A DNA stretch of 64,000 nucleotides from Azolla caroliniana (taxonomy: Eukaryota; Plantae; Polypodiophyta). The stretch spans positions 7,812,001-7,876,000 of the forward strand of contig JBHGNT010000021.1 of assembly GCA_043228905.1 (NCBI GenBank). The letters are read 5' to 3'. This document shows positions 48,089-59,035 of this stretch, in pieces. Position numbers and translations under genes: made by a program. Numbering within the stretch: position 1 is the stretch's first letter; each line of letters begins with the position of its first letter. Under the pieces are notes generated by a model. That model saw nothing but the letters and a program-made list of their open reading frames with translations. It did no database searches and was not told where the DNA came from.

Positions 48089-51050
48089 AACAAAGAAATT
48101 GTACCACGTGTCTGGCGATAAGAGTTTAGTAAACCCTTATCAAAAGCCCCAACGATTCATTAATCGATTGGTCGAGTTGTTCTCGAACCCTGATGATTGG
48201 GCTCTCGACTTATTTTCTAGAACAGGTAATCTCATAAGTTTCATCAATTTTTTAAAAATGAAATATTATTTCTTGTCCTGTTTTCTTACTTTTGTATGTG
48301 TGATTGTTTATTCAAGAACGACAACTGCATGTGCTCTTAAACTGTTAAGGAACTGCGTCGCATTAGAAAAGGACCCTGACCAAGTCAAGTTTATTAAGGT
48401 GAGGATCCAAGGCATCTAGGATTGTCCCAACTAGGACCAAGAGGTTGGGGCAATGCATATCAACGAAACAAAGATGTTTCAATTGGCCTCTAGAGAGCCG
48501 ATGGAACCTATAGACAAGGAAGGAGGCGACCTTGTCAACCTTGAAGATGCACCAGGTTCTGATCATATACAAGAACTCCACGCGAGAGTGGAAAGAGAAT
48601 CCGGCAAGAAGCTGAAAGCAATACGAGCGGATAACGGAGGGGAATACCGGGGGCAGTTCCAGGAGTACTGTCGCTCGAAGGGAATCCGGCTCGAGTTTAC
48701 TGTGCCAAAGACGCCGGAACTGAACGGGCTGGCCGAGAGGATGAACCGGACCATAATGGAGAGGGTCCGGAGTATGTTGGCGCATGCGAAATTACCCAAG
48801 GGGTTTTGGGCTGAGGCAATATCGACGGCGACATACGTGATAAACAGATCACCCTCAGTACCTTTGGACGGAGACACGCCGTAGAGAGTGTGGACCGGTA
48901 GGGAAGTATCCTACCGGCATCTAAAGGTGTTCGGGTGTCTCGCATACGTGCATGTGGCAAAGGACCGGAGAGGAAAGTTAGATCCAAAGACCCGGCCATG
49001 CATATTCCTCGGTTACGGCGACGACGAGTTCGGCTACCGAGTATGGGACCCGGTCGACAAAAAGATATTCCGGAGCCGCGATATCATCTTCATGGAGGAC
49101 AAGACACTCGCCGACTGGGAGTCGGAGAAGAAGATGAAGAGCTCCAAGTCGACCGGTGAGGATCAACTCTACGAGGAGCAGTCCCGACCGGCAAGGGACC
49201 GGTTAGCACTCGAGGATCCGGCCGAAGACGGTGAAGAAACAGAACCGGCCGAGGAAGATGAAACTGATACCGGAACCGGCCCCGACCCCGAAATGGATTC
49301 GGATGAAGAGGAAACGGAGGAGCCGGTTACCGAAGCTCCGGAACGGAGATATCCTCTAAGAGAGAGAAGGGCCCCCCGGAGATTTCCGGAACCAGAGCAC
49401 GTGCTGCTAACCGACGAGGGGGAGCCGGAGAGTTTTGAAGAAGCAAAGCATGACACCCAGAGCCGCAAGTGGTTGAGTGCCATGCAGGAGGAGATGGATT
49501 TCCTGCATGAGAACCACACATATGAACTTGTGGAGTTGCCGAAAGGAAAGCGGGCACTTCGAAACAAGTGGGTGTTCAAGCTGAAACCGGGAGATGCCCG
49601 AAACCCCCCGAGATACAAAGCCAGGATCGTGGTGAAGGGGTTCCAGCAGAAGAAGGGCGTCGACTTCGACGAGATATTTGCCCCGGTAGTGAAGATGACC
49701 TCCATCCGGACGGTGCTGAGCATAGCGGCAAGCATGGACCTCGAGGTAGAACAGATGGACGTGAAGACGGCATTCCTTCACGGTGACCTCGAAGAAGAGA
49801 TCTACATGCAGCAACCGGAAGGATTCAAGAAGAAAGGGAAGGAGCACCTGGTATGCCGGTTGAAGAAGAGCCTTTACGGACTGAAGCAGGCTCCCCGGCA
49901 ATGGTACCGGAAGTTCGACTCCTTCATGACCGATCAAGGGTACCACAAAACGCAGTCCGATCACTGCGTGTTTGTGAAGAAGTTCGAAGGAGGAGACTTT
50001 CTAATACTCCTCCTGTACGTGAATGACATGTTGATCGTCGGACGGGACCAGGTCAAGATACGGATGCTGAAGAAAGCGCTTCACCGAACTTTCTCAATGA
50101 AGGACCTGGGTCCGGCGAGGCAAATACTAGGGATGCACATCATCCGGGACCGGAAGAAGAAGCAGTTGTGGCTGTCACAGGAGAAGTACGTGACAAAGGT
50201 GCTTCACCGGTTCAACATGTCGGAAGCAAGACCGGTCGGGTCGACCCTCCCGGCAAACTGCAAGTTATCCGGCAAGCAAAGTCCCAAGACAAAAGTTGAA
50301 AAGGAGGATATGATGAAGATACCATATGCCTCTGCCGTCGGGAGCTTGATGTACGCAATGGTGTGTACCCGACCGGACATTGGATACGCAGTCGGAGTGG
50401 TGAGCCGGTATATGAGTAATCCCGGCAAGGAGCACTGGAACGCGGTCAAATGGATACTCCGATACTTAAAGGGCACTTCGAACATGTGCCTCCGATTCGG
50501 CTCCGGTAAGCCTGAACTCGATGGATTTACCGATTCGGACATGTCGGCTGATGCGGATACCAGCCGGTCTACATCAGGGTATGTAATGACATATGCAGGG
50601 GGAGCCGTTTCGTGGCAGTCGAGATTGCAGAAGACGATTGCGTTGTCAACCACGGAGGCGGAGTACATGGCGGCTGTTGAAGCCGGCAAGGAAATAATAT
50701 GGATGAAGGACTTCATTAGAGAGCTCGGTATCCGGCAGGAGGAGTACCGACTCTACTGCGACAGTTAGAGTGCCATCCACCTTGCGAAGAATGCGGCCTA
50801 TCACTCCCGGACGAAGCACATCCAGCGAAGATATCACTGGATCCGGGAAAGGATAGAAGACCAGGAGTTCGTGCTGACGAAGATCCACACGGACGAGAAC
50901 GGGTCAGATATGCTGACCAAAGTGCTCACACCCGACAAGCTGGAAGCATGCCGGAAGAGGGTCGGATTGGAAAGACATCCCATGCCGAAGTGAAGGGGGA
51001 GTTTGTTGGGATTACGGTCCCTCCGGATGGGATGGTCAGATGTCCGGGAA

Positions 51051-51172
51051 GCCGGATGATGAAGACCCCGGCTACGGAGCCGGATGATGAAGACCCCGAC
51101 TACGGAGCCGGATGATGAAGACCCGGTTACGGAGCCGGATGATGAAGACCCCGGCTACGGAGCCGGATGACG
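51051..51172. repeat. ~28-bp tandem repeats in LTR U3
   Basis: gccggatgatgaagaccccggctacgga, ~4 copies. Confidence 0.85.
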
Positions 51173-51271
51173 AATGTACCCGGAGAGAGATCCGGATGCG
51201 GGGACATATTTGTGAATATGTTTGCCAAGGGCCCTCTAGGCTATATCTGTAAATAGCCCGAAAGTCATATA

Positions 51272-54200
51272 TGTTGGGATTTCGGTCCCTTTCGGATGGG
51301 ATGGTCGGATATCTGAGATGGATGCCGACAAGCCCGGTTTCGGTTTCGGATCCGGATGACGAAGACCCCGGCTTCGGTACCGGATGACGAATGTACCCGG
51401 AGAGCGATCCGGATGCAGGGACATATCCGTGAATATGTTCGCTATGGGCCCCCTGAGGCTATAGTTGTAAATAGCCCAAAGTCATATAAGTATAAATATG
51501 ACTTAGGGCAAACAGTTTTACTGTTGCTTCTCATTTTTCTGTTTTTCCACTTTAGGGGAGTGAAGAGAGAGCAGCCGTGAGAGAGAGAGAGCGCGAGAGA
51601 GGAAGAGGTCGACGCCTCTGTGTAATACCGCCGCCTGTGGCGAAGAAAGCGAGCTCAAGGTCGTTGCCTTGCAGCTCGCCATTGTATATTTCTCTGTGCA
51701 TAGTTTGGTTTGGAGTCTCGCACTCCCGTGGTTTTTCCCGTATAGGGTTTTCCACGTTAATCCTTGTGTACTCGCGTTTCTTCGTTTTGTTTCTTCGTGT
51801 GGTTCCTATTTTCTGCTCCATTGATCCGCGATTACTCGGTTGTGGCCGAGAGAAGAAGGTGAATAGAAGGGTCTATTCCTTGCAAACTGGTATCAGAGCG
51901 ACTGTTGCAGAAAATGGAAGGCGGCGGCAGCGGGCAGCCGGGGATGATGGTGCTGAATGCACAGAATTACGCCGACTGGAAGATCAAGATGGAGGATCTT
52001 CTGATTGTTCGGGACCTGTACGAACCGATTGACAGGTCGGAAATACCGAAGGGGGTGCTTGAGTCGGAGTGGAAGCTCCTGAACCGGAAAGCCGTAGCGA
52101 CGATCCGACAATATGTCGATGTAAGCGTCCTACAACATGTGGCGAACGACACCAACGCATATGAGATGTGGAAGAAGATGTCGGGCCTCTACGAGAGGAA
52201 GAATGCGTTGAACCGGACCTCCCTGATGAGGAAGATTGTGAATCTCAAGTACCGGGACGGCGAGAGTATGGTGGAACACGTAAGCACGTTCATGGGATTC
52301 GTGAATCAGCTTGCGGCGATCAAGTTCCCATTGGAGGATGCAATGCAAGCCATCATCCTGATGTGTACATTGCCGGAAAGCTGGGAGAACTTGGTGGTGA
52401 CTCTCAGCACCTCCTGCACCGAAGATAACTTGTCCTTACAAACGGTAAAGACAAGTATTTTGAATGAAGAAGCGCGTCGGAGAGATAAGGAACCGGCCTC
52501 CGACCCGAAGATGTTGTTTACCGAATCGGATCGGGGAAGACAATGGAACCGGAGTCCGCAAAGACGGGAGAAGTCGGGGACCCGGTCGCAGTCAAGAGGA
52601 AGGCCCACATGCTTCCACTGTGGGAAGCCGGGGCACTTCCGAAAGAATTGTCGGCATTACCGAAAGGACAATGGAACCGACAACACCGATTCGAAGAAGT
52701 CACCGGAGAGAAACGGTGCATACCGGGGAGCCACGGACCGAAATGGTTCGGATCGGCGAGGACAGGACCGGAAAGGAACGACGGCACTCGCGGCAAGTGA
52801 AGAGGAGATCATGCTCATCACCGAAGAAGGTGAACTAAACATTGCCGGCGATGAGACGACCTGGGTGGTCGATTCCGGAGCATCGTTCCACCTGACCCCG
52901 GAGAGAAGATACTTCTCATCCTACACAGCCGGCGAGCATGGCTGTGTTCGGATGGGGAATGAAGGTACGTGCCGGATTGCCGGCATAGGAGACGTGTGGC
53001 TGACAACCCCGACCGGATGCAAAATGCTGCTGAAGGATGTCCGACACGTTCCGGAGGTCCGACTGAACCTGATTTCGGCCGGGAGGCTAGATGATGAAGG
53101 CTACACGGGTAGCATCCGGAACGGTGTCATGAAGTTCAGCAAGGGGAGCTTGATAGTGGCTCGGGCCCGGAAGGTCAACACACTGTACCTGATGAATGCC
53201 CGGTTATGTCCGGAAGAGCTGAATGTGGCAGCCGACACTGCCGGTGAGCTGTGGCACAAAAGACCGTGCCACATGAGTGAGAAGGGGATGAAGAGGCTTG
53301 CAGAAGACAACCTTATTCCAGTGAAGCATGTGCACCTGGAGAAGTGCACCGATTGCCTGGCCGGTAAGCAGAACCGAACCTCCTTCCACTCAAGGCCACC
53401 GACGAGACGTAGCGCACCATTGGAGTTGGTGCACACCGACGTGTGTCAGGTAGAAACGAAGTCACATGGCGGAGCCCAGTACTTCGTAACTTTCATAGAT
53501 GATCACAGCCGAAGACTGTGGACGGCACCGTTGAAGACAAAGGACCAAGTGTTGTGCGTCTTCAAAGAACTCCACGCGAGAGTGGAAAGGGAATCCGGCA
53601 AGAAGCTGAAAGCGATACGAGCGGATAACGGAGGGGAATACCGGGGGCAGTTCCAGGAGTACTGTCGCTCGAAGGGGATCCGGCTCGAGTTTACTGTGCC
53701 GAAGACGCCGGAACTGAACGGGCTGGCCGAGAGGATGAACCGGACCATAATGGAGAGGGTTCGGAGTATGCTGGCGCATGCGAAATTACCCAAGGGGTTT
53801 TGGGCTGAGGCAATGTCGACGGCGACATATGTGATAAACCGATCACCCTCAGTACCTTTGGACGGAGACACGCCGCAGAGAGTGTGGACCGGTAGGGAAG
53901 TATCCTACCGGCATCTGAAGGTGTTCGGGTGTCTTGCATACGTGCACGTGGCGAAGGACCGGAGAGGAAAGCTAGATCCAAAGACCCGGCCATGCATATT
54001 CCTCGGTTACGGCGACGACGAGTTCGGCTACCGAGTATGGGACCCGGTCGACAAGAAGATATTCAGGAGTCGAGATATCGTCTTTATGGAGGACAAGACA
54101 CTCGCCGACTGGGAGTCGGAGAAGAAGATGAAGAGCTCCAAGTCGACCGGTGAGGATAAACTCTACGAGGAGCAGTCCCGACCGGCAAGGGACCGGTTAG

Positions 54201-56610
54201 CACTCGAGGATCCGGCCGAAGACGGTGAAGAAACAGAACCGGCCGAAGAAGATGAAAATGATACCGGAACCGGCCCCGATCCCGAAATGGATTCGGATGA
54301 AGAAGAATCGGAAGAACCGGTTACCGAAGCTCCGGAACGGAGATATCCTCTAAGAGAGAGAAGGGCCCCCCGGAGATTTCCGGAACCAGAGCACGTGCTG
54401 CTAACCGACGAGGGGGAGCCGGAGAGCTTTGAAGAAGCAAAGCATGACACCCAGAGCCGCAGGTGGTTGAGTGCCATGCAGGACGAGATGGATTCCCTGC
54501 ATGAGAACCACACATATGAACTTGTGGAGTTGCCGAAAGGAAAGCGGGCACTTCGAAACAAGTGGGTGTTCAAGCTGAAACCGGGAGATGCCGGAAACCC
54601 CCCGAGATACAAAGCCAGGATCGTGGTGAAGGGGTTTCAGCAAAAGAAGGGCGTCGACTTCGACGAGATATTTGCCCCGGTAGTGAAGATGACCTCCATC
54701 CGGACGGTGCTGAGCATAGCGGCAAGCATGGACCTCGAGGTAGAACAGATGGACGTGAAGACGACATTCCTTCACGGTGACCTCGAAGAAGAGATCTACA
54801 TGCAGCAACCGGAAGGATTCGAGAAGGAAGGGAAGGAGCACCTGGTATGCCGGTTGAAGAAGAGCCTTTACGGACTGAAGCAGGCTCCCCGGCAATGGTA
54901 CCGGAAGTTCGACTCCTTCATGACCGACGAAGGGTACCTCAAAACGCAGTCCGACCACTGCGTGTTTGTGAAGAAGTTCGAAGGAGGAGACTTTCTAATA
55001 CTCCTCCTGTACGTGGACGACATGTTGATCGTCGGACGGGACCAGGTCAAGATACGGATGCTGAAGAAGGCTCTTCACCGAACCTTCTCAATGAAGGACC
55101 TGGGTCCGGCGAGGCAAATACTAGGGATGCACATCATCCGGGACCGGAAGAAGAAGCAGTTGTGGCTGTCACAGGAGAAGTACGTGACGAAGGTGCTTCA
55201 CCGGTTCAACATGTCGGAAGCAAGACCGGTCGGATCGACCCTCCCGGCAAACTGCAAGCTGTCCAGCAAGCAAAGTCCCAAGACAAAGGCTGAAAAGGAG
55301 GATATGATGAAAGTGCCGTATGCCTCAGCCGTCGGGAGCTTGATGTACGCCATGGTGTGTACGAGACCGGACATCGGATATGCAGTCGGAGTGGTGAGCC
55401 GGTACATGAGCAATCCCGGCAAAGAGCATTGGAACGCGGCCAAGTGGATACTCCGATACCTGAAGGGCACGGCGAACGTGTGCCTCCGATTCGGCTCCGG
55501 TAAGCCCGAACTCGACGGCTTCACCGATTCGGATATGTCGGCTGATGCAGATACCAGCCGGTCCACATCAGGGTATGTGATGACGTATGCAGGGGGAGCT
55601 GTTTCATGGCAGTCGAGGCTGCAGAAGACGGTTGCGCTGTCAACCACGGAGGCGGAGTACATGGCGGCTGTTGAAGCCGGCAAGGAAATAATATGGATGA
55701 AGGACTTCATTAGAGAGCTCGGTATCCGACAGCAGGAGTACCGACTCTACTGCGACAGTCAGAGTGCAATCCACCTTGCGAAGAACGCGGCCTATCACTC
55801 CCGGACGAAGCACATCCAGCGAAGATATCACTGGATCCGGGAAAGGATAGAAGACAAGGAGTTCGTGCTGACAAAGATCCACACGGACGAGAACGGGTCG
55901 GATATGCTGACCAAGGTCCTCACACCCGGCAAGCTGGAAGCATGCCGGAAGAGGATCGGATTGGAGAGACATCCCATGCCGAAGTGAAGGGGGAGTTTGT
56001 TGGGATTTCGGTCCCTTTCGGATGGGTTGGTCGGATATCTGAGATGGATGCCGACAAGCCCGGTTTCGGTTTCGGATCCGGATGACGAAGACCCCGGCTT
56101 CGGTACCGGATGACGAATGTACCCGGAGAGCGATCCGGATGCAGGGACATATCCGTGAATATGTTCGCTATGGGCCCCCTGAGGCTATAGTTGTAAATAG
56201 CCCAAAGTCATATAAGTATAAATATGACTTAGGGCAAACAGTTTTACTGTTGCTTCTCATTTTTCTGTTTTTCCACTTTAGGGGAGTGAAGAGAGAGCAG
56301 CCGTGAGAGAGAGAGAGCGCGAGAGAGGAAGAGGTCGACGCCTCTGTGTAATACCGCCGCCTGTGGCGAAGAAAGCGAGCTCAAGGTCGTTGCCTTGCAG
56401 CTCGCCATTGTATATTTCTCTGTGCATAGTTTGGTTTGGAGTCTCGCACTCCCGTGGTTTTTCCCGTATAGGGTTTTCCACGTTAATCCTTGTGTACTCG
56501 CGTTTCTTCGTTTTGTTTCTTCGTGTGGTTCCTATTTTCTGCTCCATTGATCCGCGATTACTCGGTTGTGGCCGAGAGAAGAAGGTGAATAGAAGGGTCT
56601 ATTCCTTGCA
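51272..56610 (+). mobile_element. Intact, very young Ty1/copia (Tnt1/Tork-like) LTR retrotransposon
   Basis: 613-bp LTRs 51272-51884 and 55998-56610 with one visible mismatch. TSD atata. iMet PBS at 51888-51899; PPT at 55986-55995. Confidence 0.97.
51914..55987 (+). CDS. Copia gag-pol polyprotein (gag, CCHC, protease, GAG-pre-integrase, integrase, RT, RNase H)
   Basis: Uninterrupted ORF with CFHCGKPGHFRKNC, WVVDSGAS, FIDD...DNGGEY...AER, LYGLKQAPRQWY, YVDD, DSDM...EAEY...CDSQSA, SDMLTK. Confidence 0.96.
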   Translation: MEGGGSGQPGMMVLNAQNYADWKIKMEDLLIVRDLYEPIDRSEIPKGVLESEWKLLNRKAVATIRQYVDVSVLQHVANDTNAYEMWKKMSGLYERKNALNRTSLMRKIVNLKYRDGESMVEHVSTFMGFVNQLAAIKFPLEDAMQAIILMCTLPESWENLVVTLSTSCTEDNLSLQTVKTSILNEEARRRDKEPASDPKMLFTESDRGRQWNRSPQRREKSGTRSQSRGRPTCFHCGKPGHFRKNCRHYRKDNGTDNTDSKKSPERNGAYRGATDRNGSDRRGQDRKGTTALAASEEEIMLITEEGELNIAGDETTWVVDSGASFHLTPERRYFSSYTAGEHGCVRMGNEGTCRIAGIGDVWLTTPTGCKMLLKDVRHVPEVRLNLISAGRLDDEGYTGSIRNGVMKFSKGSLIVARARKVNTLYLMNARLCPEELNVAADTAGELWHKRPCHMSEKGMKRLAEDNLIPVKHVHLEKCTDCLAGKQNRTSFHSRPPTRRSAPLELVHTDVCQVETKSHGGAQYFVTFIDDHSRRLWTAPLKTKDQVLCVFKELHARVERESGKKLKAIRADNGGEYRGQFQEYCRSKGIRLEFTVPKTPELNGLAERMNRTIMERVRSMLAHAKLPKGFWAEAMSTATYVINRSPSVPLDGDTPQRVWTGREVSYRHLKVFGCLAYVHVAKDRRGKLDPKTRPCIFLGYGDDEFGYRVWDPVDKKIFRSRDIVFMEDKTLADWESEKKMKSSKSTGEDKLYEEQSRPARDRLALEDPAEDGEETEPAEEDENDTGTGPDPEMDSDEEESEEPVTEAPERRYPLRERRAPRRFPEPEHVLLTDEGEPESFEEAKHDTQSRRWLSAMQDEMDSLHENHTYELVELPKGKRALRNKWVFKLKPGDAGNPPRYKARIVVKGFQQKKGVDFDEIFAPVVKMTSIRTVLSIAASMDLEVEQMDVKTTFLHGDLEEEIYMQQPEGFEKEGKEHLVCRLKKSLYGLKQAPRQWYRKFDSFMTDEGYLKTQSDHCVFVKKFEGGDFLILLLYVDDMLIVGRDQVKIRMLKKALHRTFSMKDLGPARQILGMHIIRDRKKKQLWLSQEKYVTKVLHRFNMSEARPVGSTLPANCKLSSKQSPKTKAEKEDMMKVPYASAVGSLMYAMVCTRPDIGYAVGVVSRYMSNPGKEHWNAAKWILRYLKGTANVCLRFGSGKPELDGFTDSDMSADADTSRSTSGYVMTYAGGAVSWQSRLQKTVALSTTEAEYMAAVEAGKEIIWMKDFIRELGIRQQEYRLYCDSQSAIHLAKNAAYHSRTKHIQRRYHWIRERIEDKEFVLTKIHTDENGSDMLTKVLTPGKLEACRKRIGLERHPMPK

Positions 56611-56703
56611 ATATATGTATAAATATGACTTAGGGCAAACAGTTTTGTAGTTGTTGCTCATTTTTCTGTTTTTCCACTTAGAGGGAGCGAAGTGAGAGCA
56701 GCC

Positions 56704-56735
<32 letters not shown>

Positions 56736-57237
56736 CGAAGAGGTCGTTGCCTCTGTGTATTACCGCCGCCTGTGGCGAAGACAGTGAGCTCAAGGTTGTT
56801 GCCTTGTAGCTTCACCAGTGTACATCTCTGTTTATAGTGATAGTTGGAGTTTGAGGACTCCCGTGGTTTTTCCCATTTAGGGTTTTCCACGTAAAACATC
56901 CAGTGTACCTTTCTCTCTGTTGTCTTCGTGTATTTTGTATTTCCTATTTTCTGGAGTTGATCCTATTCCTCGGTTGTGGCCGAGCATTGTGTTTAACACA
57001 GAATAATATTACGTCAACGTTGTTGCTCACTTGATCTTACATTTAGGTTGTTCATATATGATTGGGATATAATGTTCGTAGAAGTTTTTAGGCATGTGAG
57101 GTATATAATGTGATATTCACTTGTGAATATGTGTCTAATTATACCCAAAAATGCAATTTGCTCATTTAATATAACAAGCTTAGTATTTTTTCCAAAAAAG
57201 AACTCCTTCCATTAGTTATAAAATTTTACATAAGAGA

Positions 57238-59035
57238 TTAATATATACAAATCCATGTAGGGACGCGATAGGTCCATCTTATGTGGATGCCCACCAACTC
57301 AATAAATGGGGAGGTCGACCATTGCCGGATGAAGGCTAGTCGTTGCCTTTCAATTCCATTGGAGTTTCCCTTGAGGCCATCATATTGGCTTTTTAGAGTG
57401 GCTACAACTTCACTCCATATCTCTTGCATTAACACTATTGGTTGTGCGGTTTGGTTGGAGAGGACCCGTCTACACCGTTGTTTCCATAGAGTCCAAAGAG
57501 TTATTGAGCTGACCAATTCCAACACAACTTGAGATTTGGCATTGTTAGGAGTTCAGTGGACATTGTCGATGGTGGAGAAAGAAACCTCTTGTGCTTTTAT
57601 CACCAAAGTCATCCCCTCCTCCTGATGCTCGTATCTGTCAATTGGGGCCTATCATGATAGCCAACATAATATAATAAGCTTTATAGGAGTTGGAGAGAAA
57701 TATAGCATTAGAATTGTGTTTCTAAAATTGTTCAATTGGATTCAAATTCAACTATTATGTAAAATGAAGCATATTACAATGATAGGTGAAAGCATTCTCG
57801 TAATCCAAGCGAATCTTTGGCTAAATATGTGTATGAATTGAGAAAATACATGTTAAATTTGAAATCTTGATAATATTAACTATGTTTTTTATTGATGTTT
57901 TTAAAAGTCATGTGTGCATGCGTGATACATTCTTGAAAGTTTGTTAAAAAATTGTAATTCTTGACATCTCACGTATTTATCAATAAAGGAATGCGACATA
58001 TTACCTATTCTAAATGACCTGGTGTTTTATTTTTCAAAAATAAAAACTACTTCCATTATTTAAGGAAATGTACATAGGATAATTTACAACTCATATCTTA
58101 CAAGCCATCTTGCATGTCAAAAAAAAAACAATATGTGTAGAGGAAACAACAAAAACAACTCCAAAACACCACATCATTCGATGTGCATGGCATTACCCGA
58201 ACGCATACTCTCCATGTGAGCCTCATACAACCCGAATTCAGCATAGACATCCTCCATTCACTTCTCATGGAAGCACCTATCTAGATGTTAGGTACACTCA
58301 GAGGGAACAGCCACCATGGTGGTTGATAATTCCACTTCGCTTTACCATCCACCATCTGCAGCATCGACGAACCGCTCCATTTTAGAAGGAACCAAGCTCT
58401 AGCTTCTTCACTTTCGTTAGAGGGCCCTTGAAGAATTTCAAACTCTCCTCATAACGTAGAAATCAGATTAAACCAAATCATCAATAAATTCTCAGTCGAT
58501 GAGGTGTTCGCTTACCTGCGAAAGTCTCCTTGCACCTAGATACCCACACTTGCCAAACCGTAAGGCCAACCACTAATAACCATATGTCCACATAGCATTC
58601 ATGTAAGAAGAATGAACCTCATTGCGCTGGTTGTACAATTCCTTGCATCACCTTTAAAGAAGGATTATTTCCATTCCACCCTTGAAACCACGAAGCCGAT
58701 TCAGTGGCCAACCAAGTGACTAATGCGCTCGATACATGAACCTCAACCTCAAATGGAGCCAAGATTCTTAAGCTCCTCAGCCAAATTTCTTGGGCTCGTG
58801 GGTAGCACCACAAACAATGTGTGATGTCCTCCAAGCTCGCACTGCATGCCTTGCAACCACTCACGCCACCTCTATTCCCAAGCTACTCTCCCGTTGGAAC
58901 AGCCTGAGGATGATTAACCAGAAAAACACTTTGACCCGCTCGGGAAGGGATGAGTTCCATATCCTACTCCTAGTTCTATCCACGAAGACTGAATCGACAT
59001 CTACATGGGCCCACTTGTTGGCACACTTCTCATGA
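57238..59035 (-). mobile_element. L1-type LINE 3' remnant (zf-RVT region) in two pieces, 58600-59035 and 57238-57540
   Basis: CKACSASLEDITHCLWCYPRAQEIW and ITLWTLWKQRCRRV motifs typical of the plant L1 ORF2 C-terminus. Confidence 0.7.

Larger units (their letters stand above)
44104..48570 (+). pseudogene. Intron-containing ParB/Srx-like domain + beta-class N4-cytosine/N6-adenine DNA methyltransferase gene (decayed)
   Basis: ParB-like YVIGGSHSAEARRQL (GGSHS at 45362-45376). MTase motifs LYNGD, LLVADIPYG (DIPY at 46548-46559), W-V-K...EH, YQKPQRFINRLVELFSNPDDWALDLFSRTG|TTTACALKLLRNCVALEKD. GT-AG-type introns at 45992-46079, 46219-~46283/46289, 46754-47460 and 48226-48315, plus a probable first intron from 44130. 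Confidence 0.85.
48571..57019 (+). mobile_element. 5'-truncated Tnt1/Tork-like copia (integrase-RT-RNaseH to 50993; 3' LTR 51004-51271 + 56616-~57019) split by a younger sister element
   Basis: Pol nearly identical to the 51914-55987 ORF but with stops at ~48882 and ~50766 and YVND instead of YVDD. PPT gaagggggag. LTR halves rejoin across the atata TSD. Confidence 0.88.

Noticed and set aside
44104-48570. Bacterial or phage contamination as the source of the methyltransferase
   Set aside because: The gene has phase-consistent spliceosomal introns and carries a plant LTR insertion with a TSD
48900-56000. Numerous antisense and alternate-frame ORFs over copia pol
   Set aside because: Shadow ORFs of a GC-rich coding region with no independent motifs
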